Part shown: positions 8,230 through 17,944 of the stretch, in pieces
How positions within the stretch are numbered: the first letter of the stretch is position 1
Layout: each line of letters starts with the position of its first letter
Origin: Candidatus Azambacteria bacterium
GTDB lineage: Bacteria > Patescibacteriota > Minisyncoccia > GWC2-36-17 > WO2-46-25
Assembly (NCBI GenBank): GCA_016200965.1
Contig: JACQDT010000021.1
Location: 86 to 64,085, forward strand
Direction: 5' to 3'
Length of the DNA: 64,000 nt
Position numbers and translations under genes: made by a program
Notes under the pieces: generated by a model
What the model saw: the letters and a program-made list of their open reading frames with translations, nothing else
The model's database searches: none
Told to the model about the DNA's origin: nothing

Positions 8230-9095
8230 TGACTCTCTCTACCAAACAACTATTCCAGAAAGCGGAACAAGGCGGGTACGCCATCGGGCAGTTCAATGCG
8301 TCTACGGCCGATCAGATAAAGGCGATTATGAAAATCGCTAGAGCTTTGAAGTCCCCGGTCATCATCGGCACATCGGAAGGGGAGCGCGACTTTTTAGGTG
8401 TGCGGGTTGCGGTAAAACTGCTTGAAGCGTATGAAGAAGAAACGGGTTTGCCTATCATTTTAAACGCCGATCATACCAAGTCGGCGGCAAAGGCGGAGAT
8501 TGCGCTGAAGGCGGGATACAACTCCATTCATTTTGACGGTTCGGAGCTGGCGTACGAGGAAAACGTGAAACAGACGAAATATGTCGTAGAAATGTGCGCG
8601 CGTTTCAGTGCGGATATCTCAGTGGAAGGGGAGCTCGGGTTTTTGGCAGGCGCGTCAAAAATAATAAAAGAAAAGGTGGAAATAAAACCGGAATACTACA
8701 CCGACCCGGCGCAGGCGCTTGATTTTGTGACGCGTACCGGCGTGGACAGAATGGCAATCATCATCGGCAACAGCCACGGTATTTCCATTGAGGAGCCGGC
8801 GCTTGATATCGCGCGCCTGAAACAAACATACAATCTGATAAAAGGGAGGGCGGTGATCGTCTTGCATGGCGGCTCGGGGATTCCCGACGCGCAAATCAAA
8901 GACGCGATTGTAAATGGCATCCGCAAAATCAACGTCAACACCGAATTGCGCGCGGCGTTTCACGATACGCTTAAAAAGGTCTTGAATGAATCTGATGAAA
9001 CGACGCCGTATAAATATCTGGCGCCCGCCATGGACGCGATGGCTGATATCGTGGATAATAAAATAACGCTGTTTGGTAGCGCAAATAAGGTCTAA
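8229..9095 (+). CDS. fba: Class II fructose/tagatose-bisphosphate aldolase
   Basis: GGYAIGQFN, HGGSGIPD and NVNTEL class II aldolase motifs; 288 aa. Confidence 0.88.
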   Translation: MTLSTKQLFQKAEQGGYAIGQFNASTADQIKAIMKIARALKSPVIIGTSEGERDFLGVRVAVKLLEAYEEETGLPIILNADHTKSAAKAEIALKAGYNSIHFDGSELAYEENVKQTKYVVEMCARFSADISVEGELGFLAGASKIIKEKVEIKPEYYTDPAQALDFVTRTGVDRMAIIIGNSHGISIEEPALDIARLKQTYNLIKGRAVIVLHGGSGIPDAQIKDAIVNGIRKINVNTELRAAFHDTLKKVLNESDETTPYKYLAPAMDAMADIVDNKITLFGSANKV

Positions 9096-9103
9096 TAACG
9101 AAC

Positions 9104-10336
9104 ATGTTTTCATTTTTAAAGAAAAAAACAGGACAGGCGGCGGGAAAAGATATCGGGTTTGAAGAGCGGGAGCGGAAAACGCCCATCGCGGGGTATGTGT
9201 TGCTGATTGCGATGACAATCGTATCGTTATGGCTTGGGTTTACCGCGCTTTCCGATTTAGAAAATGTGCCCGCAAAGCCGCAAGCGCTTTCTTCCTGTTC
9301 GGTGCCATTTATTTCATACGGCTGGCAGGATGCGTGGCGTTTTAGCGGCACGTATTACGAATACTCCGTAAAACCGGTCTATAGCCCTGAAGCCGCATTT
9401 CCGTACCAAGTAAGACCTCCGTCGGCACAACCCTGCGTGTTTTCGGACATTGAAACAAAGCGCGGCGTCGCGGGCGCATTTGCGCAGACGAAAGGAACGC
9501 GCGATCAGATCGCGAATCTGCAAAATCAGTCAAATCAGAAACAAAACGCGCTTTCACAGCTGGATTCCCAAATTAATGAACTGCGGCGGCAATATGAACT
9601 TTCAATAGGAGAAAAAGGCGCAAAAGTATCCGGAGGAATCTATAACATCGGAGAATTACAGACGAAGTTAAAACCATTTGAGGAACAGAAGACGGCATTG
9701 GTGAATGAAGTTGCGAACATTCAGAATCAAATAAGCGCGGCATCCGATCAACTAAAGCCGTTCAACGAGAAACTGCGGGCGCTCTACAAAGAAGTGCTTG
9801 CGGACTGGCGCGTCCAGTGGCGGTGGTATGAGTTATGGGCATTCCTTCTCCAGGGACTTTTCGTGTTCCCGTTTTTCTTTATCATGCTGAAGACATATTT
9901 CCGCTTGAGCGCGAAAAACAGTCCGTATACCGTCATTGCCACCTTCACGCTTGCCACAGCATCCATTTTCGTCGTTAAAATCGCATGCGTGTATTTCTGG
10001 TCGCTGCTTTTGGCGGCGATTTTGGAAGCATTATGGGACCTTATCAACCGGATTCAGATACTCAAGAGCATTATCACGTATGCGGGAATGTTGCTGACAA
10101 TCGTCTTATTCGGCGGCGCGGTGTATTTGCTCCAGCGCAAGATTTTCAACCCTGCGCGGGTCGCTTTGCGTTATTTAAGGGATAAACGTTGCCCGTCCTG
10201 CCAGTTTTCTCTTGAGCTTTCCAAGAATTTCTGTCCGCATTGCGGAGAACAGATCCTAGAGAAATGTCCGAAATGCCATAGCGCGCGCTTTATACGGATG
10301 GCCGTGTGCCCGCACTGCGGAGATAGAAAAACATAG
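9104..10336 (+). CDS. Hypothetical membrane protein with a coiled-coil ectodomain and a C-terminal double zinc ribbon
   Basis: N-terminal TM; Q/N-rich heptad region; 3-4 further TMs; C-terminal CPSC..CPHC..CPKC..CPHC. Confidence 0.6.
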   Translation: MFSFLKKKTGQAAGKDIGFEERERKTPIAGYVLLIAMTIVSLWLGFTALSDLENVPAKPQALSSCSVPFISYGWQDAWRFSGTYYEYSVKPVYSPEAAFPYQVRPPSAQPCVFSDIETKRGVAGAFAQTKGTRDQIANLQNQSNQKQNALSQLDSQINELRRQYELSIGEKGAKVSGGIYNIGELQTKLKPFEEQKTALVNEVANIQNQISAASDQLKPFNEKLRALYKEVLADWRVQWRWYELWAFLLQGLFVFPFFFIMLKTYFRLSAKNSPYTVIATFTLATASIFVVKIACVYFWSLLLAAILEALWDLINRIQILKSIITYAGMLLTIVLFGGAVYLLQRKIFNPARVALRYLRDKRCPSCQFSLELSKNFCPHCGEQILEKCPKCHSARFIRMAVCPHCGDRKT

Positions 10337-10352
10337 AACATGAAGCATGAAA

Positions 10353-10399
10353 CTTGAAACACAAATCTTGAATTTTCGTTTCACGTTTCACGTTTCAAG
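10353..10399 (+). repeat. Inverted repeat cttgaaac/gtttcaag enclosing tandem gtttcac heptamers in the murA 5' leader
   Basis: Read directly; the ttcacgYttcacg motif resembles the direct repeats flanking the family-B element in rpe. Confidence 0.6.
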
Positions 10400-10410
10400 A
10401 TTTAAGATTC

Positions 10411-11718
10411 ATGCCATCAAAAGAAAAATTCATCATCACGGGAGGCAAGAAGCTGGAAGGGGATATAAAAGTGCGCGGCGCAAAAAACGCCGCTTTTGCC
10501 GTTCTTGCGGCGACGCTTCTTACCGATCAAGAGTGTGAAATAGACAATCTACCGCTGGTGGGCGATGTGATGGTCATGCTTGATATTTTAAAGAAAATAG
10601 GGGTACGGCATCGTTTTGTAGGAAAAAGGAAAATTGTTATTCAGGCAAAAAAACTTTATCCGGGCCGGATGCCGCATGAGCTCGTGGAGAAGATACGCGC
10701 GTCGATTTTATTATGGGGAGCGCTACCTTCGCGGGTGAAGCGGTTCGTCATGTATAAGCCGGGCGGGTGTTCCATCGGCGCGCGCATTTTGGATCCTCAT
10801 GTTGAAGCGCTGGGGAGCGCAGGGATCATTTCAAAACAAAAAAACGGTTATCTTGAGATATTAAGAAAAGATTCCATTTCATTGCGCAGAGAGGTGGTGC
10901 TCTCGGAAATGTCGGTTACTGCGACGGAGAACGTCATTTTAGCATCAGTGACGCGCAAAGGGGTGACAGAAGTGTTCTGCGCGACTCTGGAGCCGCATGT
11001 GCAGGACATGTGCCACATGCTCAATAAAATGGGCGCCGAGATTTCAGGCATCGGCACTAATACGCTTGTGATACGGGGCGTTGAAAAATTGAAGGGAGTA
11101 TCGCATACCATCATACCCGATCCGATTGAAATGGGGACTTTCATCGCTCTTGCGGCCGCGACCAAAAGCCACCTGACGATACGAAACTGCGTTCCTGAAT
11201 TCATAAAATTCGATATGTTGAAATTCAAGGAGGCGCATGTTACATTGAAAGTGAAAAACGAAAAAACGGCACAGTTCGGGTGGGGGTACAGAACTGCCGA
11301 TATTGAAGTGTTTCCTTCGCACTTAAAAGCCGTCAAGAAAGTGCACAATCTTCCGTATCCCGGATTGTGTCCCGATGTTCTTCCCATGTTCGCCGTGCTT
11401 GCGACGCAGGCAAAAGGAGTGACGCTGATCCATGATTGGATGTACGAAGGACGGCTCAAATATATTGATGAACTCAAACGGATGGGCGCGGACGCGTTCA
11501 TATGCGACCCCCATCGGGCGCTCATTACGGGCCCGACCCCGCTTGAAGGAAAAGAAATCACTAGTTTTGATCTGCGCGCGGGAGCAGTGCTTCTTATCGC
11601 CGCGCTGTGCGCCAAAGGAGAAACGATAATCTATAACGCGCATCAGGTTGACCGCGGATATGAAAGCATTGAAGCGCGCTTGAGAAAGATAGGAGCCGTC
11701 ATAACACGCGCGGCGTAA
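10411..11718 (+). CDS. murA: UDP-N-acetylglucosamine 1-carboxyvinyltransferase
   Basis: GAKNAA N-terminus, active-site KPGGCSIGARILDPH (Cys), 435 aa. Confidence 0.92.
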   Translation: MPSKEKFIITGGKKLEGDIKVRGAKNAAFAVLAATLLTDQECEIDNLPLVGDVMVMLDILKKIGVRHRFVGKRKIVIQAKKLYPGRMPHELVEKIRASILLWGALPSRVKRFVMYKPGGCSIGARILDPHVEALGSAGIISKQKNGYLEILRKDSISLRREVVLSEMSVTATENVILASVTRKGVTEVFCATLEPHVQDMCHMLNKMGAEISGIGTNTLVIRGVEKLKGVSHTIIPDPIEMGTFIALAAATKSHLTIRNCVPEFIKFDMLKFKEAHVTLKVKNEKTAQFGWGYRTADIEVFPSHLKAVKKVHNLPYPGLCPDVLPMFAVLATQAKGVTLIHDWMYEGRLKYIDELKRMGADAFICDPHRALITGPTPLEGKEITSFDLRAGAVLLIAALCAKGETIIYNAHQVDRGYESIEARLRKIGAVITRAA

Positions 11719-11732
11719 TGTAATTTACGGAC

Positions 11733-12740
11733 ATGTTTATCCGAAAAATCGGTATAGATCTGGGAACCACCAACACACTGGTTTTTATTCCTAAAAGAGG
11801 AGTGGTAGTGAACGAGCCATCGGTGGTGGCCGTGTCGGCGCACGACAAATCCGTCATGGCGGTGGGCGCGGAAGCGAAAGAAATGCTCGGACGCACGCCG
11901 GACGCCATTATCGCTCTGCGGCCATTGAAGGAAGGCGTCATCGCGGACTACAAGATTACCGAAGCGATGATTTCCTATTTTCTTACGAAAGGATGCGGGC
12001 GGATTAGATTCTTTAAGCCGGAGATGATGATTTCCGTTCCGGCGGGTATTACGTCGACGGAACGCCGCGCAGTGGTGGATGCGGCGATGCAGGCGGGCGC
12101 GAAAGCGGCGTACGTGGTGAAAGAGCCGGTGCTTGCGGCAATCGGCGCCGGTATTCCCATCAATGAGGCATCGGGCAATATGATCATCAATATCGGCGGC
12201 GGGACGTCTGAAATTGCGGTGATATCGCTTGGCGGGATCGTGGCATGGTCTTCCGTGCGGGTCGCGGGAAACAAGATAGACGAAGCGATCACGGAATATA
12301 TGCACAAGGTTCATAATTTAGAAATAGGGGAGCGGACTGCGGAAAATGTGAAAATTACTATTGGTTCGGCGGTGCCTGTCAAGGATGAAGAGGAAATAGA
12401 TGTGCGCGGAAGAGATATCGTGACCGGATTACCCAGAACGGTGAACATCTCTACGAATGAGGTGGCGGATGCGATCGCGGAGCCCCTGAAAGAGATCGTG
12501 CGCGCAGTAAAATCAGTATTGCAAGATACGCCGCCGGAACTCGCGGCGGATATCATGCATAAAGGGATGGTACTGTCCGGCGGCGGAGCGTTGTTGCGCA
12601 ATATTGACCAACTCTTGTTTAAAGTTACGGGCGTGGCGTGCACAAAAGCGAACGACCCGCTTTTGTGCGTCGCGAGAGGAACCGGTATCGTGCTTGAAAA
12701 TCTTGACGTGTATAAACGAAGTGTCATGAGTAAAAAATAA
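11733..12740 (+). CDS. mreB: Rod-shape-determining actin homolog MreB
   Basis: IGIDLGTTNT, EPSVVA and GGGTSE actin-fold motifs; 335 aa. Confidence 0.92.
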   Translation: MFIRKIGIDLGTTNTLVFIPKRGVVVNEPSVVAVSAHDKSVMAVGAEAKEMLGRTPDAIIALRPLKEGVIADYKITEAMISYFLTKGCGRIRFFKPEMMISVPAGITSTERRAVVDAAMQAGAKAAYVVKEPVLAAIGAGIPINEASGNMIINIGGGTSEIAVISLGGIVAWSSVRVAGNKIDEAITEYMHKVHNLEIGERTAENVKITIGSAVPVKDEEEIDVRGRDIVTGLPRTVNISTNEVADAIAEPLKEIVRAVKSVLQDTPPELAADIMHKGMVLSGGGALLRNIDQLLFKVTGVACTKANDPLLCVARGTGIVLENLDVYKRSVMSKK

Positions 12741-12743
12741 ATT

Positions 12744-13820
12744 ATGGTTATCGGTATTCACGCGAAAGGCGCGTTTAAATATGAACGAACAGGGGTAGAG
12801 GAATACGTGTTTCAGCTTATCAAGCATTTCGCGATGCTTGATGAGTCGAAAAATCACATATTTCAACTCTATACATCACATACGCACAATACGCTTTTTC
12901 TTCCGTATCATTTCCAGGTAAAACGCCTGTACAACCCTCTCTTTTGGACAAACGGGAGGTTGTCTTTAAACATGTTGTTTCATCCTCCCGATGTTCTTTT
13001 TATGCCGGCTAATTTCCTTCCGCTTTTTTATCCGCGTAAAAATGTGGTAACCATTCACGGACTGGAGTTTGAATATTATCCGGAGGCGTTTTCTCCCGAC
13101 TATTTGGAATATCTCAAGAGAGGAACAAAAAAAACCGTGGATCGCGCACATAAGATCATTGTCCCGTCATTTGCCACGCGCGACGATCTGGTCACGTTTT
13201 ACCGCGCCGATCCGAAAAAAATCACGGTCATCCCTCACGGGGTCAATCCGCAGATCGCGTATCATCATCGGTATCCGCCCATTGATGAAAAATACATTTT
13301 ATTCATAGGACGCCTTGAGAAAAAAAAGAACGTAAAAAGCATTGTAAAGGCATACGCGATCCTAAAAGAAAAATACAAAGTGTCTCATAAGCTTGTGCTG
13401 GTCGGAGCTCCCGGGTTTGGCTATGATGAAATACAAAAGGAAATAGAGGATACGATATATAAGACCGATATTATTGTAACGGGATACATCAGCCACGAAG
13501 AAAAAGAATCGTTTTTTAAATACGCGGACGTGTTCGTATTTCCCTCCTTGTATGAAGGATTCGGCATGATGTCGGTGCTTGAGTCCCAATTGCGGCAAGT
13601 CCCCGTCGTAAGTTCAAACATACCAAGCATAAAAGAGATTGCGGGCGACGGCGCGATGCTGGTAGATCCTCACAGCGTAGCACAGCTTACGGAGGCCGTG
13701 TATAGCGTGATTTCCGATGATGACGCGCGTAAGAAATTGGTGGAAAAAGGGCTGAAAAACACACAGAAATACAGTTGGTATAAATGCGCACAGCAGACCC
13801 TCGCGACGCTTGTTTCTTGA
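12744..13820 (+). CDS. Glycosyltransferase family 1 (GT4-type)
   Basis: C-terminal FPSLYEGFG...E motif of retaining GT-B glycosyltransferases. Confidence 0.8.
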   Translation: MVIGIHAKGAFKYERTGVEEYVFQLIKHFAMLDESKNHIFQLYTSHTHNTLFLPYHFQVKRLYNPLFWTNGRLSLNMLFHPPDVLFMPANFLPLFYPRKNVVTIHGLEFEYYPEAFSPDYLEYLKRGTKKTVDRAHKIIVPSFATRDDLVTFYRADPKKITVIPHGVNPQIAYHHRYPPIDEKYILFIGRLEKKKNVKSIVKAYAILKEKYKVSHKLVLVGAPGFGYDEIQKEIEDTIYKTDIIVTGYISHEEKESFFKYADVFVFPSLYEGFGMMSVLESQLRQVPVVSSNIPSIKEIAGDGAMLVDPHSVAQLTEAVYSVISDDDARKKLVEKGLKNTQKYSWYKCAQQTLATLVS

Positions 13821-13826
13821 GTCCCC

Positions 13827-13855
13827 TTGACGTTTATTGTTTTTGGGACTATAAT
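13827..13855 (+). promoter_or_regulatory. Sigma70-like promoter (TTGACG-17-TATAAT) ahead of a long structured rplJ leader
   Basis: Hexamers and 17-nt spacer read directly; ~330-nt leader with hairpins at 13935-13972 and 14086-14128 (ccccgccctt/aagggcgggg). Confidence 0.45.
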
Positions 13856-14188
13856 GCCATATATACCGTAGACAAGGGGCTGGTGTCGTCAGACACCATA
13901 AGACCTCTCGAGGCACAGTTAGAAATTAGAAAATAGCGAGTAGCGAGTAATGTTGTTTTTTCTACTCGCTGCCACCTAAATTCTACTTTCTGTCCGTTCT
14001 ACGGCCTTTAAAAGGTCGTTTTTTAATTAGGTTTCTCTAAATTTTCAAGTCCGCAGGACGCAGGAAATTTATCAAAAACCAATTACCCCGCCCTTATTCT
14101 GCAATAGAATATTATGCGAAGGGCGGGGTGCTCACTGTGATGGTACAATTTCCATCGCTGGGAGCTTGTAAATTGTAATCACACTGGC

Positions 14189-14749
14189 ATGCCACTTACA
14201 AAAAAACAAAAAGGAGAAATCATAAATTCGGTTGTTGAAAAGTTTTCCAAGAGCAAAACCCTTATTTTTACCTACTTCACGAAAATAAGCGTGGAAAAAA
14301 TCAAAAAATTGCGAAAGAATTTGAAGATGAAAGGATCTGATTTTAAGGTGATAAAAAAGAGCTTGCTTGGGGTGGCGCTGGAAAAAGCGAAGATCAACAT
14401 TGAAGGGATTGACGTGGAAAAAGCGTTTGATGCGGTCGGCGTCGTATTCGGCGGAAAAGATCAGATTCAGATCGCAAGGGCTGTTTCTGTGTTCGCGCGC
14501 GCCAAGAGCAATGAGACGTTCAAGGTGCTTGGCGGGGCATTTGACGGACAATTTGCGGGAGTAGAAAAAATCACCGCATTGGCAAGAATGTCTTCACAGG
14601 AAGAATTGTATGCGCGGCTTTTGGGACAATTCAAGGCCCCTTTGTCGCGGCTCGCATATGTGTTGAAAGCGGTTTCAGAGAAACGGCAACCCGCGAACGC
14701 AGAGAGCGGAGCCACGACTCGGCAGGCCTCGCTGGACTGCTGTTTGTAA
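14189..14749 (+). CDS. rplJ: Ribosomal protein L10 with a C-terminus rewritten by a composite A/B repeat insertion
   Basis: L10 N-terminal ~165 aa conserved; last ~20 aa (RQPANAESGATTRQASLDCCL) are encoded by repeat sequence in a different frame. Confidence 0.85.
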   Translation: MPLTKKQKGEIINSVVEKFSKSKTLIFTYFTKISVEKIKKLRKNLKMKGSDFKVIKKSLLGVALEKAKINIEGIDVEKAFDAVGVVFGGKDQIQIARAVSVFARAKSNETFKVLGGAFDGQFAGVEKITALARMSSQEELYARLLGQFKAPLSRLAYVLKAVSEKRQPANAESGATTRQASLDCCL

Positions 14750-14798
14750 CCAATCGCTTTGCTCTTGGACAAACAGGGAGCAGTCGTCGCATGACGGC
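14688..14798 (+). repeat. Composite repeat: family-A unit (14688-14712, 14778-14798) interrupted by a reverse-complement family-B core (14713-14777)
   Basis: aacccgcgaacgcagagagcggagc | B(rc) | agcagtcgtcgcatgacggc; B insertion flanked by ggagc/ggagc. Confidence 0.85.
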
Positions 14799-14845
14799 AA
14801 TCAGTCTAAGTAGGGTTTGGTCGAATTATTAATTCTATTACAACT

Positions 14846-15217
14846 ATGGCGGATAAATTGAACAAATTGGTTGAGGAAATTGAGAAATTAAGCGCGATTG
14901 AGATAGTTGACTTGGTGAAGATACTTGAGGAGAAATTCGGAGTATCTGCGGCCGCTCCGGTTGCGGTTGCGGCAGGTGGGGGAGAAGTAGCTGCGGCGGA
15001 AGAGAAAACTTCGTTTTCTATTGAATTGAAAACGGCAGGCGAGCAGAAGATTCAGGTGATTAAAGTGCTAAGGGAGATAACAGGACTTGGCCTGAAGGAA
15101 GCAAAAGACATGGTAGATAAGGCTCCGAAAGTGGTGAAGGAGAACGTCTCCAAGGCGGACGCTGAAGAGATGAAGAAAAAGATTGAAGCAACAGGCGCGA
15201 CGGTAGAGATCAAGTAG
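14846..15217 (+). CDS. rplL: Ribosomal protein L7/L12
   Basis: Ala/Gly-rich hinge, C-terminal [15 protein letters not shown]...GATVEIK. Confidence 0.92.
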   Translation: MADKLNKLVEEIEKLSAIEIVDLVKILEEKFGVSAAAPVAVAAGGGEVAAAEEKTSFSIELKTAGEQKIQVIKVLREITGLGLKEAKDMVDKAPKVVKENVSKADAEEMKKKIEATGATVEIK

Positions 15218-15231
15218 GGCTTTACTGCATT

Positions 15232-15270
15232 ACACACACCCCGGGTTCTCCTTGGGGTGTGTTATTTTTA
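15232..15270 (+). terminator. Rho-independent terminator after rplL
   Basis: acacacccc/ggggtgtgt stem followed by tattttta. Confidence 0.6.
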
Positions 15271-16881
15271 TTGATGCGGGAAGACGTATATCCTTTCTTT
15301 TGTCAGAAGGAGTATCTCTTTTTTATCCTGTGATATCTCAAAATCGATGACAGGAGGGATAGTTCCCAAAAAAACCGTCTCTGTATTTCCATGTATGCTG
15401 CGCTTGATAATCTGGCTTCCTTTTTGAAGCGTATACGCCGCTTCCTGGGTTTCGCGCGTGTTTTGCGCCGAAGCCGTATTAAGAATTTTTTTGAGTGTTT
15501 TTGCCACTTTTACCAATTCATTCTCTTTCGGGAACAGCACATATGCCGCCTTTTGTTCATTATTTATGAAATAAAAATCCCCGTCTTTTGCAAGCATGCG
15601 CTCTATTTTGAATGATTCGGAAAGACGGAGGAATGTGAAAGAAATATCCCCTGATTGTTTTTTCACTTTCGCATAAGTGTCGGGGGACTCCCCGAATACA
15701 TATACGAAGTCACCGCCATCAAATATATATGCCGGAAGGAATTTCATTGCGTTCAGATTTGTCCGCATGTCCGTCAATAAAAGGGGAATTTCCTTATGGA
15801 TACTGTACAGGTGAGCAAGGCGTTCGTCCGCTTCCTTAAAAAGTTTTTCGGCTGAGGAAGCGAGATACCAGGAAGGCATTATTCGTAATGTCTCGGATTG
15901 GATCTCACGCAACAATGATGCCGCTTCTTGTTTATTTTCTCCCGCAAGCGCATCCACACGCGTGAGTTTCGCGGAAAGTTGGCGAAGCGAGTAAAATCGT
16001 GTTCCAATTGCCGCGGCGTTCCATAAGACGGTTACCGCAAGGAAAGACATCGCGATGGAAAGAAGTCCGCGTTTCGAAGTAAATTGTTTTGCAACGAGCA
16101 AAAAAAGTTTTTTCATGCGGATCATGACCATGCTTTTTTCTTTTATCGGTTGTATTTCTGTACTGGCATTGTTGATGCGGGGCATTGTGGCAAACGGAAT
16201 CCACTGTGAAATACTACGCGCGTGTTTTACTTCAAGAAGAATCGCCGCTTGGTCGGGAAGGGGAATACGCCCATTGTTTTTCTGATAGATCTTGGTGATA
16301 ATCTCAGCTTGTTGAGCGAGATTGAGTGCGCATAATTTTTGTATACCTTTCTCCGAGAAAAGATCCATAACGCGCCCTGTGCTGAAAATAAATTTATCCG
16401 AGGGGACTATGCCGCCTGCAATGATCGTAGAGAACAATTCTTTTTTGTTCGCGTGCGCTTTTTTTGCGCTCATGTCAATGAGTCGGCCGGCGCGCCACAG
16501 CCAGGTGATGATATCTCCGATTGTGCAGAAGCGCACTTTATTTTCCGCGATGTTTATCACGCACAGATTGATATCTTGCGCGACATTCTTATTGGTTTTG
16601 CCGATATCTTCCAGTGCGGCGTTCGCTTTTTTCAGTGCGATCTCAAAACACGCTTCGGCGTTCTCTTCGCCGGGTTTGTAAAATTCCCTCCGGATGATCG
16701 AAGCGACGAGATTAGGGAGAAATTCCAATTGGGCTTTTCTGTTCTGCAGCCATCCTATGATATACAGCGAGCCGAATGGCTCTTCGTCAACGGTGGCGGG
16801 CTCATATACGAATGTTTCCGTGCCTCCGCTCCCGCGCGGTTCTTTAAGGATAATTTCCTTTGTTTCTATCTTATAGTTCAT
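15268..16881 (-). CDS. Hypothetical protein (~540 aa) with a central TM segment
   Basis: Long ORF with no recognisable family; start ambiguous (16881 or 16962). Confidence 0.55.
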   Translation of the reverse strand: MNYKIETKEIILKEPRGSGGTETFVYEPATVDEEPFGSLYIIGWLQNRKAQLEFLPNLVASIIRREFYKPGEENAEACFEIALKKANAALEDIGKTNKNVAQDINLCVINIAENKVRFCTIGDIITWLWRAGRLIDMSAKKAHANKKELFSTIIAGGIVPSDKFIFSTGRVMDLFSEKGIQKLCALNLAQQAEIITKIYQKNNGRIPLPDQAAILLEVKHARSISQWIPFATMPRINNASTEIQPIKEKSMVMIRMKKLFLLVAKQFTSKRGLLSIAMSFLAVTVLWNAAAIGTRFYSLRQLSAKLTRVDALAGENKQEAASLLREIQSETLRIMPSWYLASSAEKLFKEADERLAHLYSIHKEIPLLLTDMRTNLNAMKFLPAYIFDGGDFVYVFGESPDTYAKVKKQSGDISFTFLRLSESFKIERMLAKDGDFYFINNEQKAAYVLFPKENELVKVAKTLKKILNTASAQNTRETQEAAYTLQKGSQIIKRSIHGNTETVFLGTIPPVIDFEISQDKKEILLLTKERIYVFPHQ

Positions 16882-16951
16882 GAATACGTAAATACGATAC
16901 TTCCATAATATCATGCCGCCGGCGTTGCATAAAGCGGCGTTTTTTGGTACA

Positions 16952-17521
16952 ATGTATTTCATGACATTTGAACAGTTTTTCAGTTCGGAGATAAGGGCGC
17001 GGCTGGTGAAATTCTTCCTTTTAAATCACGGCAAGTTCTTCCAAGCGGGAGAAATCGCGCGGCGACTTGGCGTGTCTTCAGCGACGGCGAAAACCAATCT
17101 GAAGCGCCTGGTTAAAGACGGTTTTTTGAAATCGCGTTCATCACGCTTATTTTCGGTGAGTTATCAATTTCCGTATTTAAACGAGCTCAGGGCGCTTATT
17201 TCGCAATTTCCCCTTGTATCGGATGAGTGGATTCTGGAAAAGGCAAAACGCATGAAGCGGGTAAAGCTTTTGCTTGTTGCGGGCGCACTTATTCATGCTC
17301 CGAAAGCGCGAGTGGAAGTGTTTATCGTGGGCGATAAGATACGCGCAAAAACCGCCGAAAGGTTCATGCGTGAAATGGAAGCGATTGCGGCGAAAGAATT
17401 GCGGTACGCACTTATGACGACCCAGGAATTTTTATACCGCAAAAAGATGTTTGACCGCTTTGTGCTTGATACGCTTGAGTTCCCACATCGCCTGTTGGTG
17501 AATAAGCTAAAAATTCAATAG
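16952..17521 (+). CDS. Putative winged-helix DNA-binding protein
   Basis: GEIARRLGVSSATAKTNLKRLVKDGFL resembles an HTH recognition helix plus wing; divergent from the upstream gene. Confidence 0.45.
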   Translation: MYFMTFEQFFSSEIRARLVKFFLLNHGKFFQAGEIARRLGVSSATAKTNLKRLVKDGFLKSRSSRLFSVSYQFPYLNELRALISQFPLVSDEWILEKAKRMKRVKLLLVAGALIHAPKARVEVFIVGDKIRAKTAERFMREMEAIAAKELRYALMTTQEFLYRKKMFDRFVLDTLEFPHRLLVNKLKIQ

Positions 17522-17530
17522 GTCGTCAGG

Positions 17531-17603
17531 GGGCGACTAGCTCAATGGTAGAGCGTTGCATTCACACTGCAAAGGCTGAAGGTTCGATCCCTTCGTCGCC
17601 CAC
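17531..17603 (+). tRNA. tRNA-Val (anticodon CAC)
   Basis: Cloverleaf folded by hand: acceptor gggcgac/gtcgccc, D stem gctc/gagc, anticodon stem ttgca/tgcaa with loop ttCACac, T arm gaagg-ttcgatc-ccttc; CCA not encoded. Confidence 0.75.
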
Positions 17604-17616
17604 ACCAAGACAAGAA

Positions 17617-17642
17617 GAAACCCTGCTTTTTGGCAGGGTTTC
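17617..17642 (+). terminator. Hairpin terminator-like structure after tRNA-Val
   Basis: gaaaccctgc-tttttg-gcagggtttc. Confidence 0.45.
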
Positions 17643-17657
17643 TTGCACATCGGAGAG

Positions 17658-17944
17658 TTAGTACACTTCCCATTTGGGATATCTGATTCCCGGCAACTTT
17701 ATTTGTATTTTTCTTGCCTTGAGTCCCAACTTCTTCACCACCCACAAATAACGCTGGGCAGGGGTACTATGCTTTAATTCAGGAATTTGGAGAAGGGGAC
17801 TGCTCGGTTTTGTGATTGCTCCGAAGAGGCCTTTTTCCTCTTTTCTAAGATACGATAATGATAAACCGGGGTAGCTTTTTATTTTCCAAACTTCCCTGAT
17901 TTTTTTAATGATCAATCTCGGGGTATTCAGCTTCTTGTGGCGCA
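17658..17944 (-). CDS. Hypothetical small basic protein (~95 aa)
   Basis: ORF between dedA and the tRNA terminator, K/R-rich; no family recognised. Confidence 0.3.
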
